Part shown: in pieces, positions 28,269-39,333 of the stretch
Layout: every line of letters begins with the position of its first letter
Numbering within the stretch: position 1 is the stretch's first letter
Source: Promethearchaeota archaeon
GTDB taxonomy: Archaea > Asgardarchaeota > Lokiarchaeia > Sigyniarchaeales > SOKP01
Assembly (NCBI GenBank): GCA_048937405.1
Contig: JBHLNF010000008.1
Coordinates: forward strand, 32,001-96,000
DNA: 64,000 nt
Direction of reading: 5' to 3'
Notes under the pieces: model-generated
The model's database searches: none
Told to the model about the DNA's origin: nothing
The model's input: only the letters and a program-made list of their open reading frames with translations
Program-made: the position numbers and the translations under genes

Positions 28269-29456
28269 ATGAAAAGAGATCCTGTTGCTTTTCTTAAAGA
28301 AGAAATGACAGAATTAAAAAAAAATAATCTTGAATGGATTATTAGATATCTCGAACAAGGTTCTAAACCACATTCTGTAGTAGATGGTAAAAAAGTCTTA
28401 ATGCTTAATACTAATAATTATCTTGGCTTAGCAACTCATCAAAAAGTAATTCAAGCGGCAATTGATGCTACAAAAAAATATGGTGCTGGAGCAGGAGCAG
28501 TCCCTGTAATTGCGGGATCTTTTGATTTAACTAGGCAATTTGAACAAAAATTCGCTGAATTTAAGGAAGTTGAGGCATCTATTCTATGTCAAACTGGATT
28601 TGCTGTTAATTCAGGACTAATTCCCATGTTAGTTGGGAAACCAGATATTGTCGTATCAGATGAATTAAATCATGGTTCAATTATAGATGGAGTTAGATTA
28701 TCTGGAGCCAAAAGAATTATTTATAAACATTGTGATGTTGGAGATTTAGAAAGACAATTAAAAGAAGCTGAAAAAGAGGGAGCTAGAAGAATTTGTATCA
28801 TTACGGATGGAGTTTTTAGTATGGATGGAGATATAACGCCATTAGATAAAATTGCAAATATAGCGGAAGATTTTGGAGCGATGATCTTCGTTGATGACTG
28901 TCATGGTGAGGGTGTTCTTGGTAACGGTCGAGGAATTGTAGCTCACTTTAATCTCCAAGGAAAAGTTCATGTAGAAGGGGGGTCAATGAGTAAAGGATTT
29001 GGAGTATTTGGAGGAACTGTTGCAGGTTCAAAAGATTTAATTGAATTTTGTGCAAATAAGAGTCGAACCTATCTTCTTAGTACAGCTCACCCACCAGGAG
29101 TTGTTGCAGCCAATAAAGCCTCTATTGAAGTAGTTGAGAGTGAACCTGAGCATGTTAAAACTCTTTGGGAACTTACAAATTATTTTAAAAAAGAAGTTCA
29201 AAATATGGGTTATAATACTGGCAATTCAGCTACGCCTATTATACCTTTAATTATTGGTGATCCTGGAAAGGCTCAAGAATTAGCACGAGTACTTTTTGAG
29301 GAAGAAAATATTTATGGAACACCTATCGTATTTCCAATGGTAGCTAGGGAACTATCAAGAATTAGGGTCCAAATGAATGCCTTATTAACTAAAGAAGATT
29401 TAACAATGGCATTAAGTGCAATAGAAAAAGTAGGAAAAAAATTGGCTATAATATAA
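28269..29456 (+). CDS. kbl: Glycine C-acetyltransferase (2-amino-3-ketobutyrate CoA ligase)
   Basis: NNYLGLA, SDELNHGSIIDG, TDGVFSMDGD, DDCHGEG, SKGFG (PLP Lys), RIRVQM. Confidence 0.88.
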   Translation: MKRDPVAFLKEEMTELKKNNLEWIIRYLEQGSKPHSVVDGKKVLMLNTNNYLGLATHQKVIQAAIDATKKYGAGAGAVPVIAGSFDLTRQFEQKFAEFKEVEASILCQTGFAVNSGLIPMLVGKPDIVVSDELNHGSIIDGVRLSGAKRIIYKHCDVGDLERQLKEAEKEGARRICIITDGVFSMDGDITPLDKIANIAEDFGAMIFVDDCHGEGVLGNGRGIVAHFNLQGKVHVEGGSMSKGFGVFGGTVAGSKDLIEFCANKSRTYLLSTAHPPGVVAANKASIEVVESEPEHVKTLWELTNYFKKEVQNMGYNTGNSATPIIPLIIGDPGKAQELARVLFEEENIYGTPIVFPMVARELSRIRVQMNALLTKEDLTMALSAIEKVGKKLAII

Positions 29457-29663
29457 ATTTCCTTTTTATTTAATTTAACCTATTCATCATATTTTTCTTA
29501 TTAGATTTTTATTTTTTTAAAATTTTGATTATCTTTAATTTATTAAATATAGTAATCTGAGATAAATTATGTATATAATAAATTTTATAAAATGAATTAT
29601 CTTAATTTCATGTAAATCCAAGTAAAAAAATTTTTAATAATTTTATTAGAAGGGATAATTTCT

Positions 29664-30983
29664 TTGAAAAAACAAATAATACTAAGCCTGATATTAAGTA
29701 TTATTTTTTTTAATTTTTCTATTTTTACAATTGAGTGTTGGTCATTACCAGAAGGTACATTTGAAGAAGAATTAGGAACTTATGATTGGTATTCTATTTG
29801 GCCATATTCAGATATGCATAGATGCTATGATATGGTATTAGATTCTTATAATAACATCTATTTAACTGGTACTATTTTTCCATACACTTCTGGTTCTTCT
29901 TGTGATATGGTTTTAGTTAAATATCATAATGATCGTGCTTCTCAATCTTCTGTGGTTTGGGATTCTAAAGGTGATGATTTTTCTTACGCATTGGCTCTAG
30001 ATTCTTCAGAAAATATATATCTAGCAGGAATATCAGGATATTATAGTAAAAATAATTATACATTAGTAAAATTTGATAAAGATTTGGATTTTCAGTGGAA
30101 TAGAACTTGGGGATTATTTGAAGATAATGATTGTAAAGATATTGCAATAGATTCCAATGATAATATCTATCTTGCAGGAAATATAAAACAAAAAGATCGT
30201 CCTACTGATATTTGTGTAGTAAAATATAATAAATTAGGACAATTCCAATGGTTTAAAACTTGGGGGTTTTCTTTTAATGATTATTGTAATGCAATTGCAA
30301 TAGATTCGTCAGATAATATCTATCTCGCAGGAGCAATATATAAAAGTAATTATTATGATACAACGGATCTGTGTTTGTTAAAATATAATAGTTCTGGCGA
30401 TTTACAATGGTCTAAAGTGTGGGGTAATTCTATGGACTTTTTAAGTTTAGGAATAGAATTAGATTCAAAGGAAAATATATTTGTGATGGGTGAAGCTCAT
30501 GCTCATTCTACTGCTCGTACAGATGCATACATAGTAAAATTTAATAACACTGGTGATTTTCAATGGAATATAACTTTTTCTGGTATATATTCTACTTATT
30601 GTTCAGATATAGCTGTTGATACTTTCGATAATATCTATATAGCTGGTTTATATATGCGTCCTAAGAGTAGTGGTGAAAGTGCTTGTGTTATTAAGTATGA
30701 TAATAATGGCAATCTTCAGTGGTATGAAGTGTGGGGCGAACCTCATATTACATATTGTAGAGCAATATCATTAGATAATATGGAAAATATTTTAATTGCA
30801 GGAGATATTTCTGCATATGAATATGAAATAGAAGGCATGTTTGTTGTTCAAAATCCTAAAACCAAAGATAGAACAAAAAGTATTTCATCTTTTCCTATTA
30901 TTCAAATAATATTTTTTATATCAATAGGATCTCTGATTTTAATGCTAAATAAAATCAAAATTAAAAAAAAAGAGACAAACTAA
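29664..30983 (+). CDS. Secreted SBBP-repeat beta-propeller surface protein with C-terminal membrane anchor
   Basis: Signal peptide; about 7 repeats of (I/L)DS..NIYLAG...KYN..G..QW..TWG; C-terminal ISSF + TM + poly-K. Confidence 0.85.
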   Translation: MKKQIILSLILSIIFFNFSIFTIECWSLPEGTFEEELGTYDWYSIWPYSDMHRCYDMVLDSYNNIYLTGTIFPYTSGSSCDMVLVKYHNDRASQSSVVWDSKGDDFSYALALDSSENIYLAGISGYYSKNNYTLVKFDKDLDFQWNRTWGLFEDNDCKDIAIDSNDNIYLAGNIKQKDRPTDICVVKYNKLGQFQWFKTWGFSFNDYCNAIAIDSSDNIYLAGAIYKSNYYDTTDLCLLKYNSSGDLQWSKVWGNSMDFLSLGIELDSKENIFVMGEAHAHSTARTDAYIVKFNNTGDFQWNITFSGIYSTYCSDIAVDTFDNIYIAGLYMRPKSSGESACVIKYDNNGNLQWYEVWGEPHITYCRAISLDNMENILIAGDISAYEYEIEGMFVVQNPKTKDRTKSISSFPIIQIIFFISIGSLILMLNKIKIKKKETN

Positions 30984-30991
30984 TTTTTTAG

Positions 30992-31576
30992 TTATAATGG
31001 CTTACATAATATTGCTTTTACTCGCAAAGATTTAAATTCACTTGTAGGTGCGGGTTTTATTAAACATACAGTATCTGCTCCTCTCCCTGTTCCTCCTACA
31101 GCAATAATATCTCTATCTATATCAGGAATTAAACCTGCATCAACAACGGTACTTGAAATTTCTATACAAACTTTTACGCCTTGACTAAATTGCCATCCTA
31201 ACATCTTAGCTAGCATATCTACAAAAATCCATGCCTCTCTATTTATTCGCAAGCCTCTTTCAATACCACTCATAGCATGAGTACCAATATGAAATTTTAC
31301 CCCTTTATTTTTCAATTCTTTTATTTTTTCTTCTGAGAATTCTTGTCGAGTATTTCTATTGACGAAATAATAACAATGAGTAATAATTACAACATTATAC
31401 TCATTTGGATTAAAAATTTGAGATGCCTTTTCAGCTACTGTTCCAGTAGTGCTTGCTAAAACAATATCTTTAATATTGAATTGATCGGCATATTTCTTAG
31501 CAATCTCCAATGCCTTATCTGTATTATGGACCCCTGCTTTTTCAAAATAAGTGACTTCAAGATTTAAATCTGTCAT
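30992..31576 (-). CDS. Pyruvate kinase C-terminal-like (COG1751/MTH1675) protein
   Basis: YFEKAG..NT, LASTTG, THAMSG.ER, QGVKVCIEI...DAG, GGTGRGADT. Confidence 0.85.
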   Translation of the reverse strand: MTDLNLEVTYFEKAGVHNTDKALEIAKKYADQFNIKDIVLASTTGTVAEKASQIFNPNEYNVVIITHCYYFVNRNTRQEFSEEKIKELKNKGVKFHIGTHAMSGIERGLRINREAWIFVDMLAKMLGWQFSQGVKVCIEISSTVVDAGLIPDIDRDIIAVGGTGRGADTVCLIKPAPTSEFKSLRVKAILCKPL

Positions 31577-31851
31577 ATTACATCAGTCTTTAAATTTATT
31601 ATTTAAACTATTATTTTATTATTAGGATATATTATGAAACAAATTAAATGAATATTATTTAGCTTATACTGTTTCTGAAAAGAATCAATATTCAGATTTC
31701 TTCTTATTTAATAAAGAAGAAGTACGAATTTCTGTTATAGATTTTTTAAAGATTTTTAATTTCAAGATTTATTAAATATGAAACTAATAAGAGTTAATTT
31801 TTCTATCATAAATGCTAATATATAAAAAAAAAAACAAAAAAAAGAAAGTTA

Positions 31852-33372
31852 TTAATTTACTTTTGATTCTATGACTAATTTCTTCTCTTTTTTCATTTCA
31901 TCATTTAAAGAATCATCAATTCCCGCTATTCTTTTTACCATAGCCTTTCTAGATTCAATGTCATATTGAGTCGTAATTGCTATATTCTCCATAATTGGGC
32001 TGCCACCTCCATGATAGCTTCCAAAAAGATGAATCCCGCCTCTTGCTGAACAAAGTTGATCACCAACATATCTCCAAAATTGTGCCGCATTTTTTGGAGC
32101 AATATTAGGATTTCTAGTAATATATTTATAGAGTTGATCCTTCAATTCAGGATTTGCAAAATCTCTTTCATAAGGAAATGTCGCAGGAATACCACCTGAA
32201 AGATCAACAATAATTTCAGCTTCACGAAATACAGCCTCTCCCGACAGACATCTTCCCACATTACAATAAATTGAATTAGGAATATAGCTTCCTGGGCCAT
32301 ATGGTACAAAACCTACACCAGGCATATATACTTCAGGTTTTCCTAAATCAGAAGCTGTATATCCCGCCGCATAACCAAGTTCAGTTACCATGATTATTTC
32401 AGCTAATTTACTTCTAACATGGTTAGCTTTATGGATATTATTATATTCAGCAGCTAAAGCAGCAGTTCCACAAACTAAATCTCCAATAGCAGGTTTACAA
32501 CCAGAATAGCTATGTCTATGAAATAAAGCAAACAATAAAGCAAGAACACCCGCATGTTGATATTCACCACAGAGAAATACCCTCTCCCATGGAACAAAAA
32601 CATCCTCAAAAATTATATATGAATCAGTAGCTCCAGGTACAAATCCACGTTTGAAAATTTCTCTTTCTCTAAGGTTATGTACAGTTACTACTTGTTTTAC
32701 TCCCTCATAATCACCCGGTACTGCAAATGCCACAGCGTAATCTTTATCTTCTGGTCTTAATGCTCTTGTAGGAACAACAAGAATTTCATCGGATACAGAA
32801 GCTTCAGAAATATGAAGTTTGCATCCACGAACTATGATTCCATCTTGTTTTTTCTCTACAACATGAACATACATATCTGGATCTTCTTGATCTGCAGGAC
32901 GTTTTATTCGATTCCCTTTAACATCAGTTTGAGCACATGCAGCCACAAGATCTTCATTTTGAAATCGTTCCAACCACTTTTTATAGTTATCGTGGTACTT
33001 AGTTTCTCCATTATTTGATTTATCTGCTTCATAACTTACATTATAAATAGCGTTAGCAGCATCACATCCCATACAACGTTGAGTACAACCTCCAACTCTT
33101 TGACATAGCTTTCTTATCATATCTTGTTTTTTATGGAGATCTTCTGTACTATGTGCAATATGTGTAAAACGATTAATGGTGTTTCCTGTTAGATGAGATT
33201 TTGCAAGTATTAAATTCGCAAATTCTGGGTCTTCAGCAACATCGAATGTTGTCCCCATAACATCAAGAGTGGCCATCTGAACTGCATCTAAGCGATCAAT
33301 CTTCTCTCCATTATAGTAAATATTCCTTTTCATTTTACCAAGGTCTTCCATCCATTGTTCTTTTGTTCTCAT
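31852..33372 (-). CDS. abfD: 4-hydroxybutyryl-CoA dehydratase / vinylacetyl-CoA isomerase family
   Basis: INRFTH, CTQRC.G.D, TDVKG.R, HRHSYSGCK (Fe-S Cys/His ligands), HGGGSP. Confidence 0.85.
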   Translation of the reverse strand: MRTKEQWMEDLGKMKRNIYYNGEKIDRLDAVQMATLDVMGTTFDVAEDPEFANLILAKSHLTGNTINRFTHIAHSTEDLHKKQDMIRKLCQRVGGCTQRCMGCDAANAIYNVSYEADKSNNGETKYHDNYKKWLERFQNEDLVAACAQTDVKGNRIKRPADQEDPDMYVHVVEKKQDGIIVRGCKLHISEASVSDEILVVPTRALRPEDKDYAVAFAVPGDYEGVKQVVTVHNLREREIFKRGFVPGATDSYIIFEDVFVPWERVFLCGEYQHAGVLALLFALFHRHSYSGCKPAIGDLVCGTAALAAEYNNIHKANHVRSKLAEIIMVTELGYAAGYTASDLGKPEVYMPGVGFVPYGPGSYIPNSIYCNVGRCLSGEAVFREAEIIVDLSGGIPATFPYERDFANPELKDQLYKYITRNPNIAPKNAAQFWRYVGDQLCSARGGIHLFGSYHGGGSPIMENIAITTQYDIESRKAMVKRIAGIDDSLNDEMKKEKKLVIESKVN

Positions 33373-33693
33373 TTAAAATACCTCAAATTAAATTTAAAAT
33401 TATTTTATATTTTCAAATACTTCAAATTTATTAATTGTTTTAGTGAACTCTTCTTTTAGATGAGTTTACTTTTCTTTTAAATGAAATAAGATTTTATAAC
33501 TTATATTGCTTTTCCAAATGAAAAATAATAGAGATCCCTAATTACCATTAAATTCTCTAATTTTACTATTAAGAATGAATTTTAATTGGAGAAAAATTAA
33601 TTTATATAAATATTAAAATAGATTTAGATACATCAAAATTTAAAATATTAAATTAAATAAAGATACAGATTATTATAGAGATGTGGCACTTTT

Positions 33694-35145
33694 ATGAGTG
33701 AAAGAGAAATATCATTAAAAGAAAAAATATTATTTGGTCTCAGTGCTTTCCCAGATCAGCTCACTTATCAAGCATTTACGATTTATGTGTTTACTTTTTA
33801 TTTTGCAGTTATAGGTCTTTCAATGTTGGAAATGTGGATAGGATTTGTCCTCTGGGGTATCTGGAATATGCTTAATGACCCTCTTTTGGGTGCATTAAGT
33901 GAGAAGACGAAACAGAAAGGTAAGTTAGGAAAACGTAAATTTTATTTGATAATTTCTTTTATCCCACTCGCATTAATAATGACTTTTCTTTTTACAATAA
34001 GCGCAAGGAATCCATTAAGCACTTCAAAATTTACATTTCACTTCTGGTATTTTATGTTCATAATTTTTACTTTTGAATTCTTTTATACAATGTTTTCAGT
34101 AAATACTAATGCTGTTTTTCCAGAAATGTTTCCCACAGAAAATCAGAGAGGTGCTGTAAACCAATTTATAAAAGCATTTACTATGTTTGCAGTAATACTC
34201 GCTTCTTTAATTCCAACTATAATTGTAAGTCCTTCTTTAATTCCAACAATTGATCCATCAATTGATCCAGTAGGCTATAATTTAGAAGTTGCTAGTATTA
34301 AGGAAACTTATATTATTTCCGGTTTAATATATACTTTAATAGTATTAATCGCAGCAATATTATTCATTTTTTTAGCTGTAAAAGAAAAAGAAGAACAAAA
34401 AACTGATTATGAAAAAAGACCAGGATTTATTGATTCATTGAAAATCACATTTTCAAATCGAACATTTATTAAATTCACACTTGGAAATATGCTAATCTGG
34501 TATTGTTTTTATTTATTATTAACAATTTTTCCCCTCTACGCAGTTTATATATTAGGTAGAACTAAAGGTCATATTTTAATTGGAGTTACATTAATGCTAG
34601 CATTATTATCAGCTGCAGCTCTTATGCCTGTTCAAGCAAGGATTAGAAAAAAATATGGTACTCGTAAAGGATTAATGATTGGCTTAGGAATATGGATAAT
34701 TACGCTATTTCCTTTATTTCTTTTATCAAATAACGATATAAGCAGAATATTATCATTTCTTGTTTTTATTTCAATAGGATTTGGATTATCGTCTGCATTG
34801 TTTTTCATTGATATAATTCATGGTGATGTAATTGATCAAGATGCTCTTAAGTTTGGTGTAAGAAGAGCCTCGAGTTACTATGGTGTAAATGCTTTTATAC
34901 ATAGATTTTCAATGATACTTGGAATAACAACTATTTATTTCATATTCTCTGGAACAGGATGGAGTACATATGTACCCGTTGTTGATGATCCTGTTTTAAG
35001 AGATATTGGTATAAAATCATTAATGTTTATATTTCCTTCTTTAGCACTTATAGGTTCAATTCTCTTCTTTAAATTTTATGATTTACACGGTGAAAAACTC
35101 GAAAAAATGAGAAAGGAATTGCAAAAATATCCAGAATTAAAATAA
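33694..35145 (+). CDS. GPH-family (MelB-like) MFS sugar transporter
   Basis: NDPLLGALS...GKRK, DVID.D...G.RR...YYG, 12 TM. Confidence 0.88.
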   Translation: MSEREISLKEKILFGLSAFPDQLTYQAFTIYVFTFYFAVIGLSMLEMWIGFVLWGIWNMLNDPLLGALSEKTKQKGKLGKRKFYLIISFIPLALIMTFLFTISARNPLSTSKFTFHFWYFMFIIFTFEFFYTMFSVNTNAVFPEMFPTENQRGAVNQFIKAFTMFAVILASLIPTIIVSPSLIPTIDPSIDPVGYNLEVASIKETYIISGLIYTLIVLIAAILFIFLAVKEKEEQKTDYEKRPGFIDSLKITFSNRTFIKFTLGNMLIWYCFYLLLTIFPLYAVYILGRTKGHILIGVTLMLALLSAAALMPVQARIRKKYGTRKGLMIGLGIWIITLFPLFLLSNNDISRILSFLVFISIGFGLSSALFFIDIIHGDVIDQDALKFGVRRASSYYGVNAFIHRFSMILGITTIYFIFSGTGWSTYVPVVDDPVLRDIGIKSLMFIFPSLALIGSILFFKFYDLHGEKLEKMRKELQKYPELK

Positions 35146-35166
35146 TTATTAGAAATATTTAATTAT

Positions 35167-35934
35167 TTACTTAACAGGATTAGTATGAGAACAAGGAAGT
35201 CCACAAGCACATTTCCCACATATATCCGCTATACCTAAATGAGAATAAATTTGGCTATTTTCTAAACAAATATTATAACATTTTTTTCTATCAAATGATT
35301 TGAAATCTAAAATGTCATAAATGCAATTTTCAATACACTTTGTACATGATTTATTATGAAAATATAAGCAATATTCTTGTTTTGAGCGTTTTGTTGGCTC
35401 GATTTCTGCGGATGTGATTAGGCTACCTAATCTACCACAACATCCTTTTTCAGTTATTAACATTTTATGCAAACCAAATTTACCTAAACCAGCAATATAG
35501 GCTATATGTTTTTGGGACCAGGAAGAAATTAACTTTCTTTCATCGAAATTAAGTTCATCTGGAATTTTTACAGAATCAAAAGTTTTTTTCTTTAATTCGC
35601 TTCTTAGAAAAGTATTAATTTTTAGAATTAGTTTATTAGTTTCAACATAAGCAATTGCCCATTCTTGAGATGCAATTTTTCCTTTAGTATTGCTCAAAAT
35701 AATTTTTTCTTTAAATGGTATAAAATATGAAATAACAGTTTTGGCTGTACTTAATAATTCATTCGGCAATTTATGGCTTTTATCTATTTTTTTTTTTAAT
35801 TCAAAAAATATTGGATCTGTTGCATATGCAAAACCTATTATTGGATCATCCCACTCAGTTCTACAATTTGAGGAATTTTTATAATTCTTAATAAAATTTC
35901 TGATCAAGTTTTCTATATCCACTTGCAAACTCAT
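35167..35934 (-). CDS. QueG/reductive-dehalogenase-like 4Fe-4S protein (paralog family of 6119..6970)
   Basis: SSWSQKHIAYIAGLGKFG, GCCGRLGS, C....C.KC...C, CGKC.CG.PC. Confidence 0.75.
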   Translation of the reverse strand: MSLQVDIENLIRNFIKNYKNSSNCRTEWDDPIIGFAYATDPIFFELKKKIDKSHKLPNELLSTAKTVISYFIPFKEKIILSNTKGKIASQEWAIAYVETNKLILKINTFLRSELKKKTFDSVKIPDELNFDERKLISSWSQKHIAYIAGLGKFGLHKMLITEKGCCGRLGSLITSAEIEPTKRSKQEYCLYFHNKSCTKCIENCIYDILDFKSFDRKKCYNICLENSQIYSHLGIADICGKCACGLPCSHTNPVK

Positions 35935-36060
35935 AGTTCTAATTTTTAATATTTTAAAATGAATATCATTACATTAAATCTAAAATTAGTAATTGAAATG
36001 CTTTTTAAAATTTAAAATATAATATTTAATTAAAAAAATATGATGAGGTTTTAAAGAATA

Positions 36061-36294
36061 ATGGCGACATGTTTTGTTTTGATTAATATTCAAGCAGGAT
36101 TTGTAGAATCCGTAACTCACAATATTGATAAAATAGAAGAAGTAGTAGAATATTATACTGTTACAGGAGGTGTTGATATGATTGTCAAAGTAGAAGGTCC
36201 TGACGTAGAAACAATTGCAAAGACAATTTTAGCTAAAATTCATAGTATTGAAGGAATTTCACGAACTCAAACTCACATTGTTGTTCCTTTATAG
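36061..36294 (+). CDS. Stand-alone Lrp/AsnC ligand-binding (RAM) domain
   Basis: FVLINI..G, V.E.Y.VTG..D.IVKV, I.GI..T.T; no HTH. Confidence 0.85.
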   Translation: MATCFVLINIQAGFVESVTHNIDKIEEVVEYYTVTGGVDMIVKVEGPDVETIAKTILAKIHSIEGISRTQTHIVVPL

Positions 36295-36620
36295 TAAATA
36301 ATTAGATCCAATTTTTTTCTCATAATATTAAATATAATAATGATAAATATTAAGATTTAAATCAATTTTTTATAAATTTATATTTTATTTATTGGATTAA
36401 TAAATTGATTAACCTATTAAACTATAAGATTTTTTTTTCTATCTTTTTTAAATATAGATATTATTTTATACAATAATTTCTGTCTTTTAATTATCAAAAA
36501 TATTAAGGATTATCTATTGTATATATTTCAGAGAAAAAACTAATAAAAAGTAAAATTTTTTATTAAAATAATTGATCTTTAGAAATAAATAAAAATTCTT
36601 AAAAAAGTATAGATGAACTC

Positions 36621-37172
36621 ATGAGTGGAAAAGGAGATAAGTTCACATTTAAAGTTACAGTTATAGGAGATGGAGAAGTTGGGAAAACTTCTTTAATTAG
36701 GAAGTTTACAAAGGGTAATTTTCAAGACCAATATATTCAAACTATTGGTGCTCAATTCTCTAAACATATTGAAGAGATAAACGAGGATAGGTGTAAGTTG
36801 TTTTTCTGGGATATTGCAGGGCAAGATTCTTTCCATTTCTTAAGACCCGCATTTTATAAGGCAAGTGTAGCAGCAATAATTGTATTTTCTCTTGAAGAAA
36901 ATGATTTTGGAAAGGGGAGTTTTGAGCATGTAACTAATTGGCAAAAAGAAATAACAAAATTCTGTGGCGATATTCCAATTGTGTTATTTGGTAATAAGGT
37001 TGATTTAGTTGATGAAAAAAAATTAAATGACGACCACGTTTTGAAATTAACTGAAAAAAATAAAATGCTAGGATATTATCGAACTTCCGCAAAGACAGGG
37101 CAAGGTGTTCATGAAGCTTTCCATGCAATTATTAATGAGCTACATTCTCAATTTATAACTGAATCAAGTTAA
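36621..37172 (+). CDS. Rab-like small GTPase (no prenylation tail)
   Basis: G1 GDGEVGKT, G2 YIQTIG, G3 WDIAGQ, G4 GNKVD, G5 TSAK. Confidence 0.93.
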   Translation: MSGKGDKFTFKVTVIGDGEVGKTSLIRKFTKGNFQDQYIQTIGAQFSKHIEEINEDRCKLFFWDIAGQDSFHFLRPAFYKASVAAIIVFSLEENDFGKGSFEHVTNWQKEITKFCGDIPIVLFGNKVDLVDEKKLNDDHVLKLTEKNKMLGYYRTSAKTGQGVHEAFHAIINELHSQFITESS

Positions 37173-37252
37173 CTGTTCAAAAAATTTTAACACTTTAAAA
37201 GCTTGTAAAATTAGAGAAACCTTTTAAATTAGAAAAATAAAAAAATTTATTC

Positions 37253-37828
37253 TTAGAATATTTTGTATATTATTTCATCTAAAGATTTCTTAGGAACATG
37301 CATCCCTCCCATATTATCTTTCCAGTAGTCAAATGTTCCTTTATATGGTTCTATAACTGAGTTTTCGTCTGGATATCCCATACTTATTACATGAATGATT
37401 TCATAATTATCAGGAATTTTAAATAATTCTCTGATCTTTTCTCTATCGATTGATGCCATCCAACAACAACCTAAACCAAAGTTAACTGCCCCTAATAATA
37501 TATTTTCAACAGCTGCACCTACATCAAACTGAAAATAAGAAGGCTTTATTTTGGTATTGTTTAAAACAACAAAATAAACAGTAGGTTCTCTTCCTTTTTC
37601 TGGTGTCCTTTGATCTTCTGGTAGGGAAGATGCCCACTTTACTAATGGAAATAACTTTTCCCTGACATCAGGATTCTGGATAATTATAAATTCAAGTCCT
37701 TGAATATTTCTCGCCATAGGAGCAATACGAGCATAATCAATCAACTTTTTTAAGATATCTATGGATACTTGTTCTTGTTTAAATCTTCTAATAGTTCTCC
37801 TTTGGCGAATCACTTCTTCAAATTCCAT
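37253..37828 (-). CDS. Nitroreductase family protein
   Basis: RRTIRRF, AP.A.N.Q, DVGAAVENILLGA..GLG.CW, GYP. Confidence 0.9.
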   Translation of the reverse strand: MEFEEVIRQRRTIRRFKQEQVSIDILKKLIDYARIAPMARNIQGLEFIIIQNPDVREKLFPLVKWASSLPEDQRTPEKGREPTVYFVVLNNTKIKPSYFQFDVGAAVENILLGAVNFGLGCCWMASIDREKIRELFKIPDNYEIIHVISMGYPDENSVIEPYKGTFDYWKDNMGGMHVPKKSLDEIIYKIF

Positions 37829-37849
37829 TTAAAATACTTTTTAATATTC

Positions 37850-38896
37850 CTATTTTTTAGATACAAGTAAAGCTTTTGCTAATTTATTAAAACTTTCTTC
37901 CACATTTTTACCTGTTAAAGCAGATGTTTCTATATATTCTAAATTTAAATCCATTGCGGTCTTTTCCGCATTTTCCATTAAAATTTTTCTTTCATTAATC
38001 AGATCTTCTTTATTGCCTAATATAAATCCTATTATATCTTCTTTCTCTATCTTTATATTTTTAAGTATATCATTATACCAATTAGAAATGCTTTCAAATG
38101 ATTTTGTATTTGTTAAATCAAAGATTAGAATTACACCCTCTAAACCCTTATAAAAATGACGCCGCATGAGTTCAAATTTTGTCTGACCAGCAATATCCCA
38201 TAGAATTAAATTCACAAAATCATCATCTATTTTTATAATCTTTTCTGAAATTGAAACGCCAAGTGTAGGAATGTAGGTACGCATGAAAGCATGATCGGTA
38301 AATCTTAGAATTGTACTTGTCTTTCCTACACCAGGATCTCCACATACTACTATTTTAAAATGATATCCATATGCTCTTACTTTTGTTTTATCTTCTTCAG
38401 GAAATGCTTTAGCTTCAGAACTTAGCTTCTCTTTATTAGATAAATCATCTAGGATTTCTACTACTTTTTTTTTCAATTTACCAATTTCCGTAAAAATATC
38501 GTCTGATTTCGCATGTTTATTTTCTAATTCTATTATCTTTTGAGCACTTTCATCAAATGCAGATTTAAGATAATCGAGATATTTATAGAAGATTAGATCA
38601 TCTGATTCTTTAAAGAGTAATGTAAGTGATGTCAAAGCAACTCCCCCTCGTTTTGTTTCATCTGGTCGTTCAATATATTTAGTTATTCCTTTCAAATTTA
38701 ACATAGGGAAAGGGATAATCACTAAACTTTGAGGAACAGCACCACGGTCAGTTGAGAGCATGGTAACTGATTTAATTCCTACTGACATACGAATATCATC
38801 AGATAAATCAATTGGATCCCATAAGAATGGTTTTGGGCCAATATCCTCGTCTAATACTGTGTATACGATTGCATTAATAATTTCTTTTGACATCAT
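37850..38896 (-). CDS. uDENN/longin-like domain fused to Rab-like GTPase
   Basis: N-domain LDEDIGP...IPFP...DETKRGG; C-domain GDPGVGKT, YIPTLG, WDIAGQ, GNKED, ETSAL. Confidence 0.85.
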   Translation of the reverse strand: MMSKEIINAIVYTVLDEDIGPKPFLWDPIDLSDDIRMSVGIKSVTMLSTDRGAVPQSLVIIPFPMLNLKGITKYIERPDETKRGGVALTSLTLLFKESDDLIFYKYLDYLKSAFDESAQKIIELENKHAKSDDIFTEIGKLKKKVVEILDDLSNKEKLSSEAKAFPEEDKTKVRAYGYHFKIVVCGDPGVGKTSTILRFTDHAFMRTYIPTLGVSISEKIIKIDDDFVNLILWDIAGQTKFELMRRHFYKGLEGVILIFDLTNTKSFESISNWYNDILKNIKIEKEDIIGFILGNKEDLINERKILMENAEKTAMDLNLEYIETSALTGKNVEESFNKLAKALLVSKK

Positions 38897-39020
38897 TAAG
38901 CTCAGAAAATAAAATAAAAAACAAATCTATGTTTAGTGTATTCTCTCTTGATAGATTAAAAAACTTAAAATTAATAAAAATTTGTAAAAACAAAATAATT
39001 CATTACCATGATTTGAATAT

Positions 39021-39040
39021 CGTGAAACTTACCTTTCACG
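39021..39040. promoter_or_regulatory. Inverted repeat CGTGAAA-N6-TTTCACG, candidate operator
   Basis: Perfect 7-bp arms about 125 nt upstream of the 38896 start. Confidence 0.4.
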
Positions 39041-39333
39041 TTAAATTCTATATATCAGCATAATATTTTACTTTGATATCTTTAAATATTATAAACGTTT
39101 GCTAAACATTCTTACTTTTTATGAAGAAAGTCTTACTTTTTTTTTTTATTTATTGATAAAAACGCTTCTATCTCATCAATTAACAAATTTTATAGACGTT
39201 GATTTCAGAAGGCTTAATAACCTCTTCAAAAATTAGAGGATTAGTTGTAAACAATTAAAATTGAATATAAAAAAAAAATTTAATAATAAATCTAATTAAA
39301 AGTAATCAATTATAAATTGATTATTTCTACAAT

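Noticed and set aside
29664-30983. DNA-level repeat array (also 53035..54390)
   Set aside because: Periodicity is protein-level beta-propeller blade repetition with diverged codons
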